A DNA stretch of 64,000 bases from Candidatus Obscuribacteraceae bacterium (GCA_044226015.1 JBGAHS010000008.1:416001-480000), one strand, 5' to 3'; shown: positions 29,012 through 39,471, counted from the first letter of the stretch. Made by a program: numbers and translations. The notes: generated from the letters alone by a model not told the origin.

Positions 29012-31021
29012 ATGACTGAGTTGCTTAAATTCAAACGGTCAACGAGAAGAAGAGTCGCAGCACTCCTGTCGTCTCTCAGCCTTAGCACGACTTTAGCCGT
29101 ATCATCTTATGCACAGCCACCCGGCCAAGATAAGAATGGCACATCGCTGTTAGCGCAATCAAGCGATGAGTCCCCTCAGCTAAGAGGGCTGCCTGATACA
29201 GCGGCACCGGACACTGCCCCCAGCCCGCTGCAGCGTGGAACACAATCAATCGGGTCGTCCAGTAAGTTTCCATCACCCCCATCATCGAAACAAACAGCGA
29301 ATCCGTTGTCGAACCACGCAGCAAACTCCACAGGAAAGAATAACGGCTCCAGAAATCAAGCCCCCAGCGAGTCTGCTTCAGCAAATAACAGTAGCAGTCC
29401 TAATTTGAAGGATGCCCTAAAAGCAGATTTTGCGCAACACATTCAAAGCCTCGCAAACATGAAAAAGGCGCCTCCCGACGCAGCAGCTACAGGAGCTGCG
29501 TCTCCGCATACAATACCAATATTGTTGAAGGATTCTGCCGCAAACACAGGACCAAGCAAACCAAGCAACGTTGAGAATGAGGAAGATGTGATAATCGCAC
29601 GCCCTGTTCTTTCCTCGCTAATCTCTGTTAACGAATACCTCGACCCATTTTTACTCGACGCCGCGAACTCACAATCTATAACACTGAAGGACTCGCTTCA
29701 CTTTGGAATTAACCACAACCTTGACCTCGGCATCAGCCACACACAAACCAAACAGCAACAGTATGGATATTACTCATCGCTGGGCAACTTCCTGCCGGAC
29801 CCGACTTTAGGTTATAGCGAGTATTTTGCAAAGGGTAAAATCGGATTGCCGACGAGCTTCAGTAACTCTTTCGCAGGAGCAGCCGGTGCGAGTTCGGGCA
29901 GCGGCTCGTTAGTCGGTGCAGCTGCACAATACAGAAACAACAAACAAACCATCAATGTCAACAAACCTTTCATCGTTATGCATGCTGGGGCTGAATATCA
30001 CCTATACCGCGGCGGCAGTGTGGTCTTCGGTGCATTGAAGGCTCGAAATGAATTGAGGGCGTCACGATATCGAGAACACGCAAATCTCAGTGACACGCTT
30101 CTGGGAATAACTCAGAATTACTACAATCTGGTGCTTGCCGAATGCCTGCTGCAAATCCGCGTGGACGCTGTTAGAACCTCAGAAGAGGAACTGCGAAAAA
30201 ATTCAGATAGATTTCACTCGGGATTGGCTACGAACCTGGATGTTTTGCAATCAAAAACTCAGCTCTCGCGCGACAGGCAGGCACTTCTAGACCAACAGGC
30301 AAACCGACGAAGCGCCTCAATAAAGTTACTTCAATCAATGAATGCGTCTCTGGGTAGCGATGTTTTTCCAACAGATTTGGAAGTTCACAAAATTCGCCTT
30401 ATTGACCCTAAGCTAAACATTGCACAACTGCTATCTCTTGCCATCGACTTGCGACCGGAATTGAAGCAGTACGAACAGCTTCGCCTGGCAGCAAAGAAAC
30501 AAATTGCAGTCGCAGCTGCGAACCTACAGCCAAGTGTTAGTATCACGGGTAATGCCTATGGAATAGGACCACCAAACAACAATCGAGCACTTGGAGTGGT
30601 AGCACTTAACGCTAACTGGAGACTGCGCGGCTTCGGAGTTGTTGATTCCATGCAGGTACAGCAAGCGAAATGGAAAGCTAGAGAAGCCGCAATAGAATCC
30701 CAAAAAGAACTTCAAGATATCTGCGCCCAGGTACGAAACTCTTATGTGCAAATTCTCGTAAAGGAAAGCAAAATTGAAGAAGCTAAAAGCGAAGTGCGCT
30801 CATCTCTCGAAGAACTTCGCTTAGCCGAACTCAGAAAGAGCAGCGGACTGGGGTTGAATCTAGACATCATAACAGCACAACGTGACTACACTCAGGCACG
30901 GGTCGCGAAGGCACAAGCCATCGTTGACTACAATCTGGCCCAAGCGCAATTACTTCACGACATTGGCGCCATTTCCGTCGATTCGCTAACATCTGGGCTG
31001 AAGCTGAGCGCCAGCAAGTAA
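29012..31021 (+). CDS. TolC-family outer membrane efflux protein with long disordered N-terminal extension
   Basis: Signal peptide, S/P/N-rich linker, and two OEP repeats (RFHSGLATNLDVLQSKTQL; RKSSGLGLNLDIITAQRD..AIVDYNLAQAQL). Confidence 0.9.
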   Translation: MTELLKFKRSTRRRVAALLSSLSLSTTLAVSSYAQPPGQDKNGTSLLAQSSDESPQLRGLPDTAAPDTAPSPLQRGTQSIGSSSKFPSPPSSKQTANPLSNHAANSTGKNNGSRNQAPSESASANNSSSPNLKDALKADFAQHIQSLANMKKAPPDAAATGAASPHTIPILLKDSAANTGPSKPSNVENEEDVIIARPVLSSLISVNEYLDPFLLDAANSQSITLKDSLHFGINHNLDLGISHTQTKQQQYGYYSSLGNFLPDPTLGYSEYFAKGKIGLPTSFSNSFAGAAGASSGSGSLVGAAAQYRNNKQTINVNKPFIVMHAGAEYHLYRGGSVVFGALKARNELRASRYREHANLSDTLLGITQNYYNLVLAECLLQIRVDAVRTSEEELRKNSDRFHSGLATNLDVLQSKTQLSRDRQALLDQQANRRSASIKLLQSMNASLGSDVFPTDLEVHKIRLIDPKLNIAQLLSLAIDLRPELKQYEQLRLAAKKQIAVAAANLQPSVSITGNAYGIGPPNNNRALGVVALNANWRLRGFGVVDSMQVQQAKWKAREAAIESQKELQDICAQVRNSYVQILVKESKIEEAKSEVRSSLEELRLAELRKSSGLGLNLDIITAQRDYTQARVAKAQAIVDYNLAQAQLLHDIGAISVDSLTSGLKLSASK

Positions 31022-31030
31022 ACGTTTATC

Positions 31031-31088
31031 CGAAGCCGCCAGGATGGCGGCGCTCCCAGGCTCGAAGCCGGTTGGCGCAGCGGTCCCA
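31031..31088. repeat. REP-like GC-rich palindromic doublet between convergent genes
   Basis: CGAAGCCGCCA-GGA-TGGCGGCGCTCCCA followed by the degenerate copy CGAAGCCGGTTGGCGCAGCGGTCCCA. Confidence 0.5.
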
Positions 31089-31103
31089 AACGAGCAGGTC
31101 GAA

Positions 31104-33335
31104 TCAGGTAAGCAGATCTTCTATTCTGATTGGCAATTGTCGAATGCGTTTTCCGGTCGCGTGATACACAGCATTAGCAATAGCTGCAGCAACACCAGCC
31201 AAACCGATTTCACCAATGCCGCGAGCACCATAAGAATTCAAATCGGTATTCTCTTTTTCAAGGAAATGCACTTCAAGATGAGGCAGGTCTAAATTCACTG
31301 GAAGAATGTAATCAGCAAAGTTGCTATTAATCGGTGCACCCTTTGTAGGTTCATACCGCGCGCCTTCAAGCATTGCCATCCCGATGCCCATCGCGATGCT
31401 TCCCTCAACCTGGTTTCTTCCAGCCAGGGGATTTAGAATACGCCCCGCATCGATAACAGTTACAACACGATTGACCCGAAGTCGTGCAATCTCCTCCTGC
31501 CAGGTAATCTCAACAAAATGCGCTCCATACGAGTGTTTTGATTCTTTGGGCTTGCCACCACCAAAGGTGCCAGCGGAATTACCCTTTCCGAGCAGACTAT
31601 TGAAATTGCATTTCTGCAAGAATTTGTCGAACGGAATGCCGTTCTCTGCGGGCTCAGTTTTGCGGTGAATCTTGCCTTTCGCATAGGCTAACTCCTTCGC
31701 ATCAACACCTGCATATGGAGAAAATGGGCTGCTGCTAGCAGCAGAAAGCATCGAGTCCATCAATTTAGAACAAGCCTGAGTAACGGCAGGTATGAGGGAG
31801 CCTGTCACCATAGAGCCACCAGACAGGGGTCCTTCAGGTAAGGAAGTATCACCGAGCACCACTTCGACCTTACTCAACGGAACTTGCAATTCCTCTGCAA
31901 CGATTTGCGCGAGAATGGTATAAGTTCCTGTTCCAATGTCTTGCGTTCCACAAGAAACCTTTGCAGAGCCATCTTGTCTTAGTTCCACGAACGCTGTCGC
32001 GGGCAATCGCTCAGCAATCCAGGCGGCTCCTGCAGTTCCCCAACCAAGAGTAAGTCCATTTTTTCGCATGGATCCGACCTTGGGATTTCGATCTTTCCAT
32101 CCGAATTTCTCGGCGCCCATTTTGTAGCAATCAATCAAATGCCTTGACGCAAAGGGAATGTCTAATCCTTCATCTTTCGCAGGCTCATTTACTATTCGCA
32201 GTTGCACAGGGTCGATACCCAGCTTGATTGCCAGTTCATCCATAGCTGATTCGGTTGCCCACAGACCCGGCACGGCGCCTGGACCGCGCATGGATGTCGG
32301 AGAACCGACATTACGCTTAGCCAAACCCGAGCTGACTATGACGTTAGGACAGCTATAAAAATACTTGGTTGCTTCACCACAATTCTCTTTGTAGTTATCT
32401 AGCATTCCCATGTGATTCATATGATCGTGCATCAAAGCAGTCAATTTGCCGTCCTTAGACGCGGCAAGACGCACGCGCTGCTGAATAACTGGACGATGTC
32501 CGGCGGCATGGAAAACCATTTTCCTGCTGATTACCAGCTTTACGGGGCGTCCCAAATTTCGCGATGAAGCAGCAGCGAGGGCACAGTGGGTCCACGGCCA
32601 TAGCTTGCCACCAAACCCAGAGCCGAGGAACTTTGAAATCACCTTCACGTTTTCGGGCTCGACACCTAGAATCTGAGCCATTACATTTTTGTGATTGCTG
32701 ATTGCCTGGGTCGTTTCGTAAAGTGTGAAATTACCACCTTCATACACTGCTAGGGAAGCATGAAGTTCAATTGCACAATGCACAAATGCAGGTGTTTCAT
32801 AAATTTCATCAATCTGTATTTGCGCTGCGCTGAAAGCTGCATTCGCATCGCCTCGTTGATGGTCTACTTTCATTTTCGCATCGCGCAAATCAGTAGCAAC
32901 ATTTGGCTTTCCTGGTGCATATTTTACTTTGACAGCATCGGCAGCCGCCGTTGCTTGCTCAATCGTTTCTGCCAAGGCAACTGCTACATATTGTCCATAG
33001 TAGCGAATGGTGTCATCCTCAAACGGTGGACGTAGCTCATCGGTCTTCATTCCCAAGTCTTTAGCGGGAGTGACACGAAAAAGTTTGCCAATGTTTCCTC
33101 TGTGGTAAACAGCTTTTACGCCTGGCATTTTTTCTGCAATCGAGGTATCGAGCGACTCAATCGTGCCATCGGCTATGGTGGCAAAAACCGGAACCGCATA
33201 GAGCATTCCGGGGAAATTGTAGTCGGCGGAGTACATAGCTGAACCGGTAACCTTCAGCGGACCATCAATTCTATTGGTCGGCTTGCCTATTACTTCGTTT
33301 GAATTCCACTTCGATGCTATTTCATTGTCTGGCAT
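31104..33335 (-). CDS. Xanthine dehydrogenase-family molybdopterin subunit (PaoC/YagR-like)
   Basis: RIDGPLKVTGSAMY, LGSGFGGK, MRGPG, DIGTGTYT, GGSM and GARGIGEIG..AIANAVYHATGKRIR. Confidence 0.96.
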   Translation of the reverse strand: MPDNEIASKWNSNEVIGKPTNRIDGPLKVTGSAMYSADYNFPGMLYAVPVFATIADGTIESLDTSIAEKMPGVKAVYHRGNIGKLFRVTPAKDLGMKTDELRPPFEDDTIRYYGQYVAVALAETIEQATAAADAVKVKYAPGKPNVATDLRDAKMKVDHQRGDANAAFSAAQIQIDEIYETPAFVHCAIELHASLAVYEGGNFTLYETTQAISNHKNVMAQILGVEPENVKVISKFLGSGFGGKLWPWTHCALAAASSRNLGRPVKLVISRKMVFHAAGHRPVIQQRVRLAASKDGKLTALMHDHMNHMGMLDNYKENCGEATKYFYSCPNVIVSSGLAKRNVGSPTSMRGPGAVPGLWATESAMDELAIKLGIDPVQLRIVNEPAKDEGLDIPFASRHLIDCYKMGAEKFGWKDRNPKVGSMRKNGLTLGWGTAGAAWIAERLPATAFVELRQDGSAKVSCGTQDIGTGTYTILAQIVAEELQVPLSKVEVVLGDTSLPEGPLSGGSMVTGSLIPAVTQACSKLMDSMLSAASSSPFSPYAGVDAKELAYAKGKIHRKTEPAENGIPFDKFLQKCNFNSLLGKGNSAGTFGGGKPKESKHSYGAHFVEITWQEEIARLRVNRVVTVIDAGRILNPLAGRNQVEGSIAMGIGMAMLEGARYEPTKGAPINSNFADYILPVNLDLPHLEVHFLEKENTDLNSYGARGIGEIGLAGVAAAIANAVYHATGKRIRQLPIRIEDLLT

Positions 33336-33388
33336 TTCAACTTCTCTTCTTCGCTAATGTAATCGTCTCACGCTAAAACAATGTCCTG

Positions 33389-34393
33389 TTAAGCTAAAGC
33401 AATCGCCTGGTTAAGTGCATGCACTAAACATCGCTTTGCTAACTCGACCTTGAACTTGTTTTCTTTATGTGGTCGAGCATTCTTCAGCACAGCATCAGCG
33501 GCTCGTCCAAACAGGTCTGCACTGGGTGCCTGACCCTCAATCACTTTTTCTGCTTCAAAACATCTCCAGGGTTTAGCTCCGATGCCTCCCATCGCGATTC
33601 TCACTTTGCTTATTCGATTGCCACTGGACTTAACTATTACAGCCGCAGATGCCAGCGCAAACTCGTAGGAAGCGCGGTCTCGCAATTTCAGATAAAGCGA
33701 CTTAGAACCATCATCAATCTTCTTTAGTAAAACGTGGGTGATGAGGTCACCAGGCTCAAGCACATTTTCGACGTGCGGCTTGTCACCGGGTAACACGTAA
33801 AAATCATCGAAGGAAATTGTTCTCACTCCATTTTTACCCTGCACATGAATAGTGGCTTCAAGAGCAGTCATAGCTACATTCATGTCAGATGGATTAGAAG
33901 CGATGCAGGAATCACTGGTGCCAAGAATTGCAAGATTTCTGTGTTCGCCTTCAATCGCTGGGCAGCCAGAGCCAGGCTCACGCTTATTACAAGCAAACGC
34001 TGTATCACGGAAATAGATGCATCTGGTGCGCTGCAAAATGTTCCCCGCAGTCGTTGCTTTATTTCTCAACTGCGCTGAAGCACCAGAAAGAATAGCTTCA
34101 TGCAAAACAGGGTAGTGCGAACGAACATAGGGATGCATCGCAAGATCTGAATTGCGAACCATTGCACCAATCTTCAAGCCGCCATCCGGCAAGGTTTCGA
34201 TTTTGTCGAGCGGAAGCCCCGTGATGTCGATAATCTTATCGGGCGTTTCAACATTCAATTTCATCAAATCAACAAGAGTTGTTCCGCCAGCGATGAAGCG
34301 AATATCCCCGCCTTGCTGCACTGTTTTTGCCATTCCACCTTCTTGAATGGCTTTGTCAATTTCACTTTGTTTGGAATACGTAAATAACTTCAC
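33389..34393 (-). CDS. Xanthine dehydrogenase-family FAD subunit (PaoB/YagS-like)
   Basis: FIAGGTTLVDLMK, GASAQLRNKATTAGNILQRTRC, CNKREPGSGC and KLRDRASYEFAL. Confidence 0.96.
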   Translation of the reverse strand: MKLFTYSKQSEIDKAIQEGGMAKTVQQGGDIRFIAGGTTLVDLMKLNVETPDKIIDITGLPLDKIETLPDGGLKIGAMVRNSDLAMHPYVRSHYPVLHEAILSGASAQLRNKATTAGNILQRTRCIYFRDTAFACNKREPGSGCPAIEGEHRNLAILGTSDSCIASNPSDMNVAMTALEATIHVQGKNGVRTISFDDFYVLPGDKPHVENVLEPGDLITHVLLKKIDDGSKSLYLKLRDRASYEFALASAAVIVKSSGNRISKVRIAMGGIGAKPWRCFEAEKVIEGQAPSADLFGRAADAVLKNARPHKENKFKVELAKRCLVHALNQAIALA

Positions 34394-34420
34394 TTTGATG
34401 TCTCTCTAAACACTAAGCAA

Positions 34421-35062
34421 TTACACTAGAGTTCTTTTCGCTTGCTTGATGGCAGCCAAAATGTTCTGATAGGCTCCACAACGACAGATGTTGCCGCTCA
34501 TGCATTCTCGAATTCCATTATCGTCATCGGGGCAACCTTCTTTCAGAAGCGCTGTTGCCGACATGATCTGCCCCGAAGTGCAGTAGCCGCATTGGTAAGC
34601 ATCACAATCAACAAATGCCGATTGCATCGGGTGCATTTTTTCTGGCGTTCCCAGACCTTCGATCGTGGTCACTTCAGCACCGTCACACATCACAGCAAGA
34701 GTCAGACAGGAGTTGACTCTCCGTCCATTCAGATGTACTGTGCAAGCGCCGCACTGACCATGATCGCACCCTTTCTTGGTGCCGGTGATTTTCAAGTTCT
34801 CTCTCAGGCAATCAAGAAGCGTTGTTCGTGGATCTAATTTCAGGTTTCGCTTCTTGCCATTCACTGTCATAGCAATCGCAACAGCGCCTGGAACGGAACC
34901 TGCACCCTCACCCGTTTTCGCTTCATCTTGAGCAGCAACAGCTGCATGTTTCCCACTAACGGCAGCAGCTCCAGCAATACCGAGATGCGCCAGGAAATTA
35001 CGTCGCGAAGTCTGCAATTGCTTCGGTTTTTCGGTTTCATCTTCCGAATTATTTTTCGACAC
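34421..35062 (-). CDS. 2x[2Fe-2S] subunit with Tat signal (PaoA/YagT-like)
   Basis: SRRNFL twin-arginine signal, GTKKGCDHGQCGACTV, QCGYCTSGQ and GNICRCGAY. GTG start with GGAGG RBS. Confidence 0.96.
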   Translation of the reverse strand: MSKNNSEDETEKPKQLQTSRRNFLAHLGIAGAAAVSGKHAAVAAQDEAKTGEGAGSVPGAVAIAMTVNGKKRNLKLDPRTTLLDCLRENLKITGTKKGCDHGQCGACTVHLNGRRVNSCLTLAVMCDGAEVTTIEGLGTPEKMHPMQSAFVDCDAYQCGYCTSGQIMSATALLKEGCPDDDNGIRECMSGNICRCGAYQNILAAIKQAKRTLV

Positions 35063-35291
35063 TTCTGCCTCCGCTTGAGAAAAAACTCAGACTAGCATCT
35101 CTGAATATGCTCGTCTACGGATGATAATCACGTCCGCCAAATTTAATAGACCGCCCGCCACTTGAAAAGCAACCAACTCGCTTGAATTGAGCAAACTCAT
35201 TTAACTGAGGCGCAATGTTGAGTATCATGGAATTGTGTTTTAGAGACTTCAACCAATCTCGATTGTTAAGCGCAAAATGTGGTGATTTCTT

Positions 35292-37913
35292 ATGACAGTA
35301 TCAAAGCAAATACTATTGGTACAACTGGCAGTGCTCAGCATTTGCACAACAATCAAGTTTGCAGCCGCTCAAAGCTCAGCAGAGCAAAGCGACTTCAGCT
35401 CGGAGAAGCAACTAAAAACAGAGATTTCAAAACTCCAGAAGAAGGAAACCAGGAAAGATTCACTTTTCAGATTGATTAATTTCGCAGCGACAGAACTCTT
35501 TCCATCGGGAAGCGTTTTCTATCTAAGTGACCATGAAGACTGGGTCAAAATGGCGGCGGCAGCAGTGAACAAGCTAGCCAAAAACGATGAAGCTTTGACC
35601 TTGTGCCTTGAAGAAGGTGACCACACATCGAAATTATGGGCAATAAGAAACGTTGCGGGAAATCCGAAATTCATAAAGGCGCTGGAGAGCATAGCGGAAT
35701 TTGACACAGACTCCTCGGTTCGAAAACAGGCTTTAAAAGCATTGCCAAAAGCTGATTCAGCACGATTAACGACTCGGCTGAAGAAAACGCCTCCCAAGGA
35801 CCCTTATGTTCTGGAATCGCTCTTTGAAGACGAAGCCTCATTCAATACTCAACTCGCAGCAGTTCTGCAATCAGCAAATGGCGAGTCAAGAATACAGATA
35901 CTAAATTTTATAGGCTCAGATGGACTCCTGGGGCTTAATCCAACCCCGAAACATGCATTCTCTTCTGAAGTATTCAATGCGGTTATAAGATCTTGCAAAG
36001 CTGAAAACATTAAAGAAAGGGCTGCCGCAGCCTATGCTCTCGACAGACTGAAAAAATTCGACCCTGCTGAGAGCAAAAAAGTCTTTCTGGAACTGTCACG
36101 TGATAGTGAGCCTGATGTCCGATGGAGAGCAGCCAAAGCACTTTCAAATCAACGTGGTGACAAAGCAGTTGACGAAATGTTTGGTCGATTGCAGCAGGAC
36201 GAGTCTTCGCTCGTCAGAAGCATGACAACGAACTTTGCCACCGAGAATAAACAAACGCCAGAAGAGTTGGCAAAAAGCAGCAACGAAATAGAAAAGTTGG
36301 ATAAAGACAATCCGGCTAAAGACGCGCCAAATGACGGCACGCCAGATAAAGACATTCAAACAAAAACCAGCGATAAGCCAACACAAGTTGTGCCTGTCAA
36401 TTCCGCAGCAGCAGCAGCGTGGATCGGACGTAAGGATGTGCCTGCACAGTTCTTGTTGCCCGACCCACCGAGACCAAATGCAAGCAAACGATCAACTGTT
36501 GAACAAACACAAGAATTCATTTCGTTTATCAACAAATACATCGACGAAATCAAAGCAGAGCAGCCCGACAAATCCTATGAACTAAAGCGCTCGCTAGAGG
36601 CTCGAATGGCTTCAGCCTCCGAGGAATCCCATTTTGCAGAAATCAGGAAACTAATAAACCAAACAAAAGGAAATGAGAATACACCCGATCTTTACGTGGT
36701 CAATGTGGTATCGGAAGACTGGCCGCGCACAGACAACGTCTACACGCGCAGCGTGCACCTGACCAAGACAGGCGCGCCAGTGGTTCTTGCTTTGATGGCC
36801 GGAGACCAGGAGGGAACTCAATGGACTTTGACCGTCGACGAGGGTGTTGAACTCAAGAAAATTATTCTTAGCGGCAATGGTGTAAGAAACAGCACTGTTG
36901 CAGGCAATTTTCCGAAGTCCATTCCCGTTCTAAGCAAAGAGAATGACGATTCCACTTTCACTGTTTGGGTTCCTGATGAGCAAAATTTTGAGTTAACGAA
37001 CAGGCGCGAGGCATTCTTCAGTTCGCACTTCGGACTGAGCCCTACCACGATTCAAAATAGAAAGGACAAGGGGCATCAGCCACGCGCAACTATTGTTGTT
37101 GGAAACAGTGAAAGCGATTGGTGCGAGTCTCTGACCAAAGAGCTGCTCAAGCCATTGTATCTCGAGGCGAAAGATTACGAGAATAACAAGTTTGCATCAT
37201 CATTTGAGTATGAGTTTCCCATGCTAATCGCTACTCCCGTGCATGAAACTTGGAATTCAAGCCTTGCCTTCAACACGGGCTGGTGCACACACCTGAAGGG
37301 AACACTAAAAACTCCCATTAACAAAATCAGCCCACTTCATGCTTTTGAGTATGCAGGGTTAACATACGATCCAAATTCGGAAACGTATTTTTTTGCCACA
37401 CGAAAACAGGCATATATTATTGATGCAACAGGTGATTGCACCCCTATATTTAGCGATGAACAAGCGAAGGAATTCGAAAAGGACACACTCCGAGGAATTG
37501 TGGTTGATACCAGACGAAATCGATTGCTGCTCTCCTCTGGCAAGAAAACATTTGCTTATGACCTTTCACTAAAAAAACTCACGGAGCTAAATTTCAACCG
37601 ATACTCATCAAATCTGGCTTGTTATGATGCCAATGACGACATACTTTATGCACGAGACGGCAACGTTGTTTTCAGAATCAATCCGGAAGATGGCTCGCTG
37701 CTATCTCAGGGTTATTTGCCCATCTCTAGCAATGAAATTCTTAAAGAGATGCATTCCGACGGCAACAATTTCGTTTTTACATCTTCAGGATTTGCCACTG
37801 CTGGCGGTGCCAAGCAAATCGCCACCGTCATTGACAAAAGAGATGGCAGCATAATGTATCAGAGCGACTGTGTCTTCACCCCAATCAAAACAGATCAGAA
37901 CACGGTCAAATGA
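35292..37913 (+). CDS. Exported multidomain protein: HEAT-like repeats plus C-terminal beta-rich (propeller-like) region
   Basis: Signal peptide; DSSVRKQALKAL, ERAAAAYAL, DSEPDVRWRAAKAL, DESSLVR; C-terminal GLTYDPNSETYF, GIVVDTRRNRLLL and ACYDANDDILY repeats. Confidence 0.7.
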   Translation: MTVSKQILLVQLAVLSICTTIKFAAAQSSAEQSDFSSEKQLKTEISKLQKKETRKDSLFRLINFAATELFPSGSVFYLSDHEDWVKMAAAAVNKLAKNDEALTLCLEEGDHTSKLWAIRNVAGNPKFIKALESIAEFDTDSSVRKQALKALPKADSARLTTRLKKTPPKDPYVLESLFEDEASFNTQLAAVLQSANGESRIQILNFIGSDGLLGLNPTPKHAFSSEVFNAVIRSCKAENIKERAAAAYALDRLKKFDPAESKKVFLELSRDSEPDVRWRAAKALSNQRGDKAVDEMFGRLQQDESSLVRSMTTNFATENKQTPEELAKSSNEIEKLDKDNPAKDAPNDGTPDKDIQTKTSDKPTQVVPVNSAAAAAWIGRKDVPAQFLLPDPPRPNASKRSTVEQTQEFISFINKYIDEIKAEQPDKSYELKRSLEARMASASEESHFAEIRKLINQTKGNENTPDLYVVNVVSEDWPRTDNVYTRSVHLTKTGAPVVLALMAGDQEGTQWTLTVDEGVELKKIILSGNGVRNSTVAGNFPKSIPVLSKENDDSTFTVWVPDEQNFELTNRREAFFSSHFGLSPTTIQNRKDKGHQPRATIVVGNSESDWCESLTKELLKPLYLEAKDYENNKFASSFEYEFPMLIATPVHETWNSSLAFNTGWCTHLKGTLKTPINKISPLHAFEYAGLTYDPNSETYFFATRKQAYIIDATGDCTPIFSDEQAKEFEKDTLRGIVVDTRRNRLLLSSGKKTFAYDLSLKKLTELNFNRYSSNLACYDANDDILYARDGNVVFRINPEDGSLLSQGYLPISSNEILKEMHSDGNNFVFTSSGFATAGGAKQIATVIDKRDGSIMYQSDCVFTPIKTDQNTVK

Positions 37914-38056
37914 CAACCACCCACCTAACCTCTCAAACAACCGCAAGACATACCTATATATAGGAACAGGAAAATAGTTCAACTTTTTAATCTTTTGGAT
38001 TGAACTTTTTGACCCCGAATTACGTTTTAAAAGTATCAACCCCTTCCAAAGGATTT

Positions 38057-38407
38057 ATGACAATGAAGTCAGTTATGTCGCTAGCACTAGTCGGAACCAT
38101 TCTTTCAGCATCCGCCATGATTATGTTTGCAGACTCTGCATCCGCAAAGCCTTGGTCACGCAGGGTTAATGCAAGACAGTGCAAACAACAAGACAGAATC
38201 GGCACCGGTGTAAGCAATGGCTCGCTAACTGCCAGAGAAAGCGCAAGAATCGAGCGTCAGCAGGCAGCGCTTTCGAAGCAGGAAGAGCGTATGCGTGATT
38301 CCGGCAACGGACTGAGCGCCCGCGAACACCGCAGACTAAAGAAAGAACAGAATCAACTAAGTCACAATATCTATAGACAAAAGCACGACTCACAAGAAAT
38401 GCACTAA
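38057..38407 (+). CDS. Small exported helical repeat protein (hypothetical)
   Basis: Signal peptide ending ASA; QQDRIGTGVSNGSLTARESARI..GLSAREHRRL..LSHNIYRQKHD internal duplication; AAAGGA RBS. Confidence 0.8.
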   Translation: MTMKSVMSLALVGTILSASAMIMFADSASAKPWSRRVNARQCKQQDRIGTGVSNGSLTARESARIERQQAALSKQEERMRDSGNGLSAREHRRLKKEQNQLSHNIYRQKHDSQEMH

Positions 38408-38435
38408 ATCTTTTCACGGTCAAACAGAAGTGCGA

Positions 38436-38467
38436 CAGGGAGGGGCGCTGCAAAGCGGTCCTCCCTG
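38436..38467 (+). terminator. Strong GC hairpin with GCAA tetraloop downstream of the small exported protein
   Basis: CAGGGAGGGGCGCT-GCAA-AGCGGTCCTCCCTG; no clear U-tract. Confidence 0.5.
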
Positions 38468-39004
38468 CCTCTACAACAAGGATTGCAGCGACTGTTGGAC
38501 AGAACACGAAAGAAAGGCAACTCAAGCACGCAGCTATGAAAGTAACTCCCCAAACTCAAAGAAATGCAATAGCCTCAATCAAAATTACAGCAACACCACA
38601 TGCGATATCACTATTCAACAAAGACTGATTCTGATAGGGCAAAATACTCAGGTCCTTACCAGGAATTTAGATGGTTTATGTCATCAAAACGTTCCCTGGC
38701 TCTGTAAGATGCTACGAAGCTGCAGTCTACAAAATGGACTTCTCCGGAAGAAATCTTTCGCGAAAATTTCAATTATGTCGAAAGTGGACAAGTGATTTAT
38801 CATTAGAAAGGAACTTTGGCATGCTGGTACTCCTTCACCAGCATGCCAGCACAGTATGCCGTTGCATTTATGGAGCGGCGACATGTTCCTGGTCGTCGCC
38901 ACCTTTTGCGCTCGAGTAGAGGAAGGTTCATTTCCTCACGCAAGATTTTGCAAACCACTCAAACGCAATCATGCCGCAAAAGGGGCACGACCTTTTATCA
39001 AGCT

Positions 39005-39271
39005 CTATTCTTCCTCTTCTTCATCATCGTCGTCGTCATCAAGCAGATCCAAATTTTCGACAAGGCGATCATAAATGTCAAAAGCATGTTGCGGGACGGC
39101 TTTGTCACCAAATACCGACTGAGCCATGGTCCAGCAGAGATCGAGGGAGTTATTCATGAACAAGACCGATTCATTCAGCTCTTCATAACTGAAATTAGCC
39201 ATAATCGGGTCTGCTTCATTATTCATTAGCGCTTTGAGACGCTCTAGCTTCGCTTCAATTCCACCGCTCAT
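39005..39271 (-). CDS. Small hypothetical protein with poly-Asp/Glu C-terminal tail
   Basis: GAGGAG RBS before ATG 39271; helical composition; ends LLDDDDDDEEEEE. Confidence 0.75.
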   Translation of the reverse strand: MSGGIEAKLERLKALMNNEADPIMANFSYEELNESVLFMNNSLDLCWTMAQSVFGDKAVPQHAFDIYDRLVENLDLLDDDDDDEEEEE

Positions 39272-39471
39272 ACCATTCTCCTCAAACTCTGGTTCAATTG
39301 TACTGCGGAGCTGCAAACTGGCTGCCGACATTGACAACATCCAACCGTATCTTTATCGATGTTTCATCTATTGACCCAGAATTGCCCCAAAGCTGACCCG
39401 ATAGAAACCCAGCAGTCGAATACGCTAATCACATGCAGAAAGAGGTCTGCCAAAGAGGAGAGATGTGAGTC

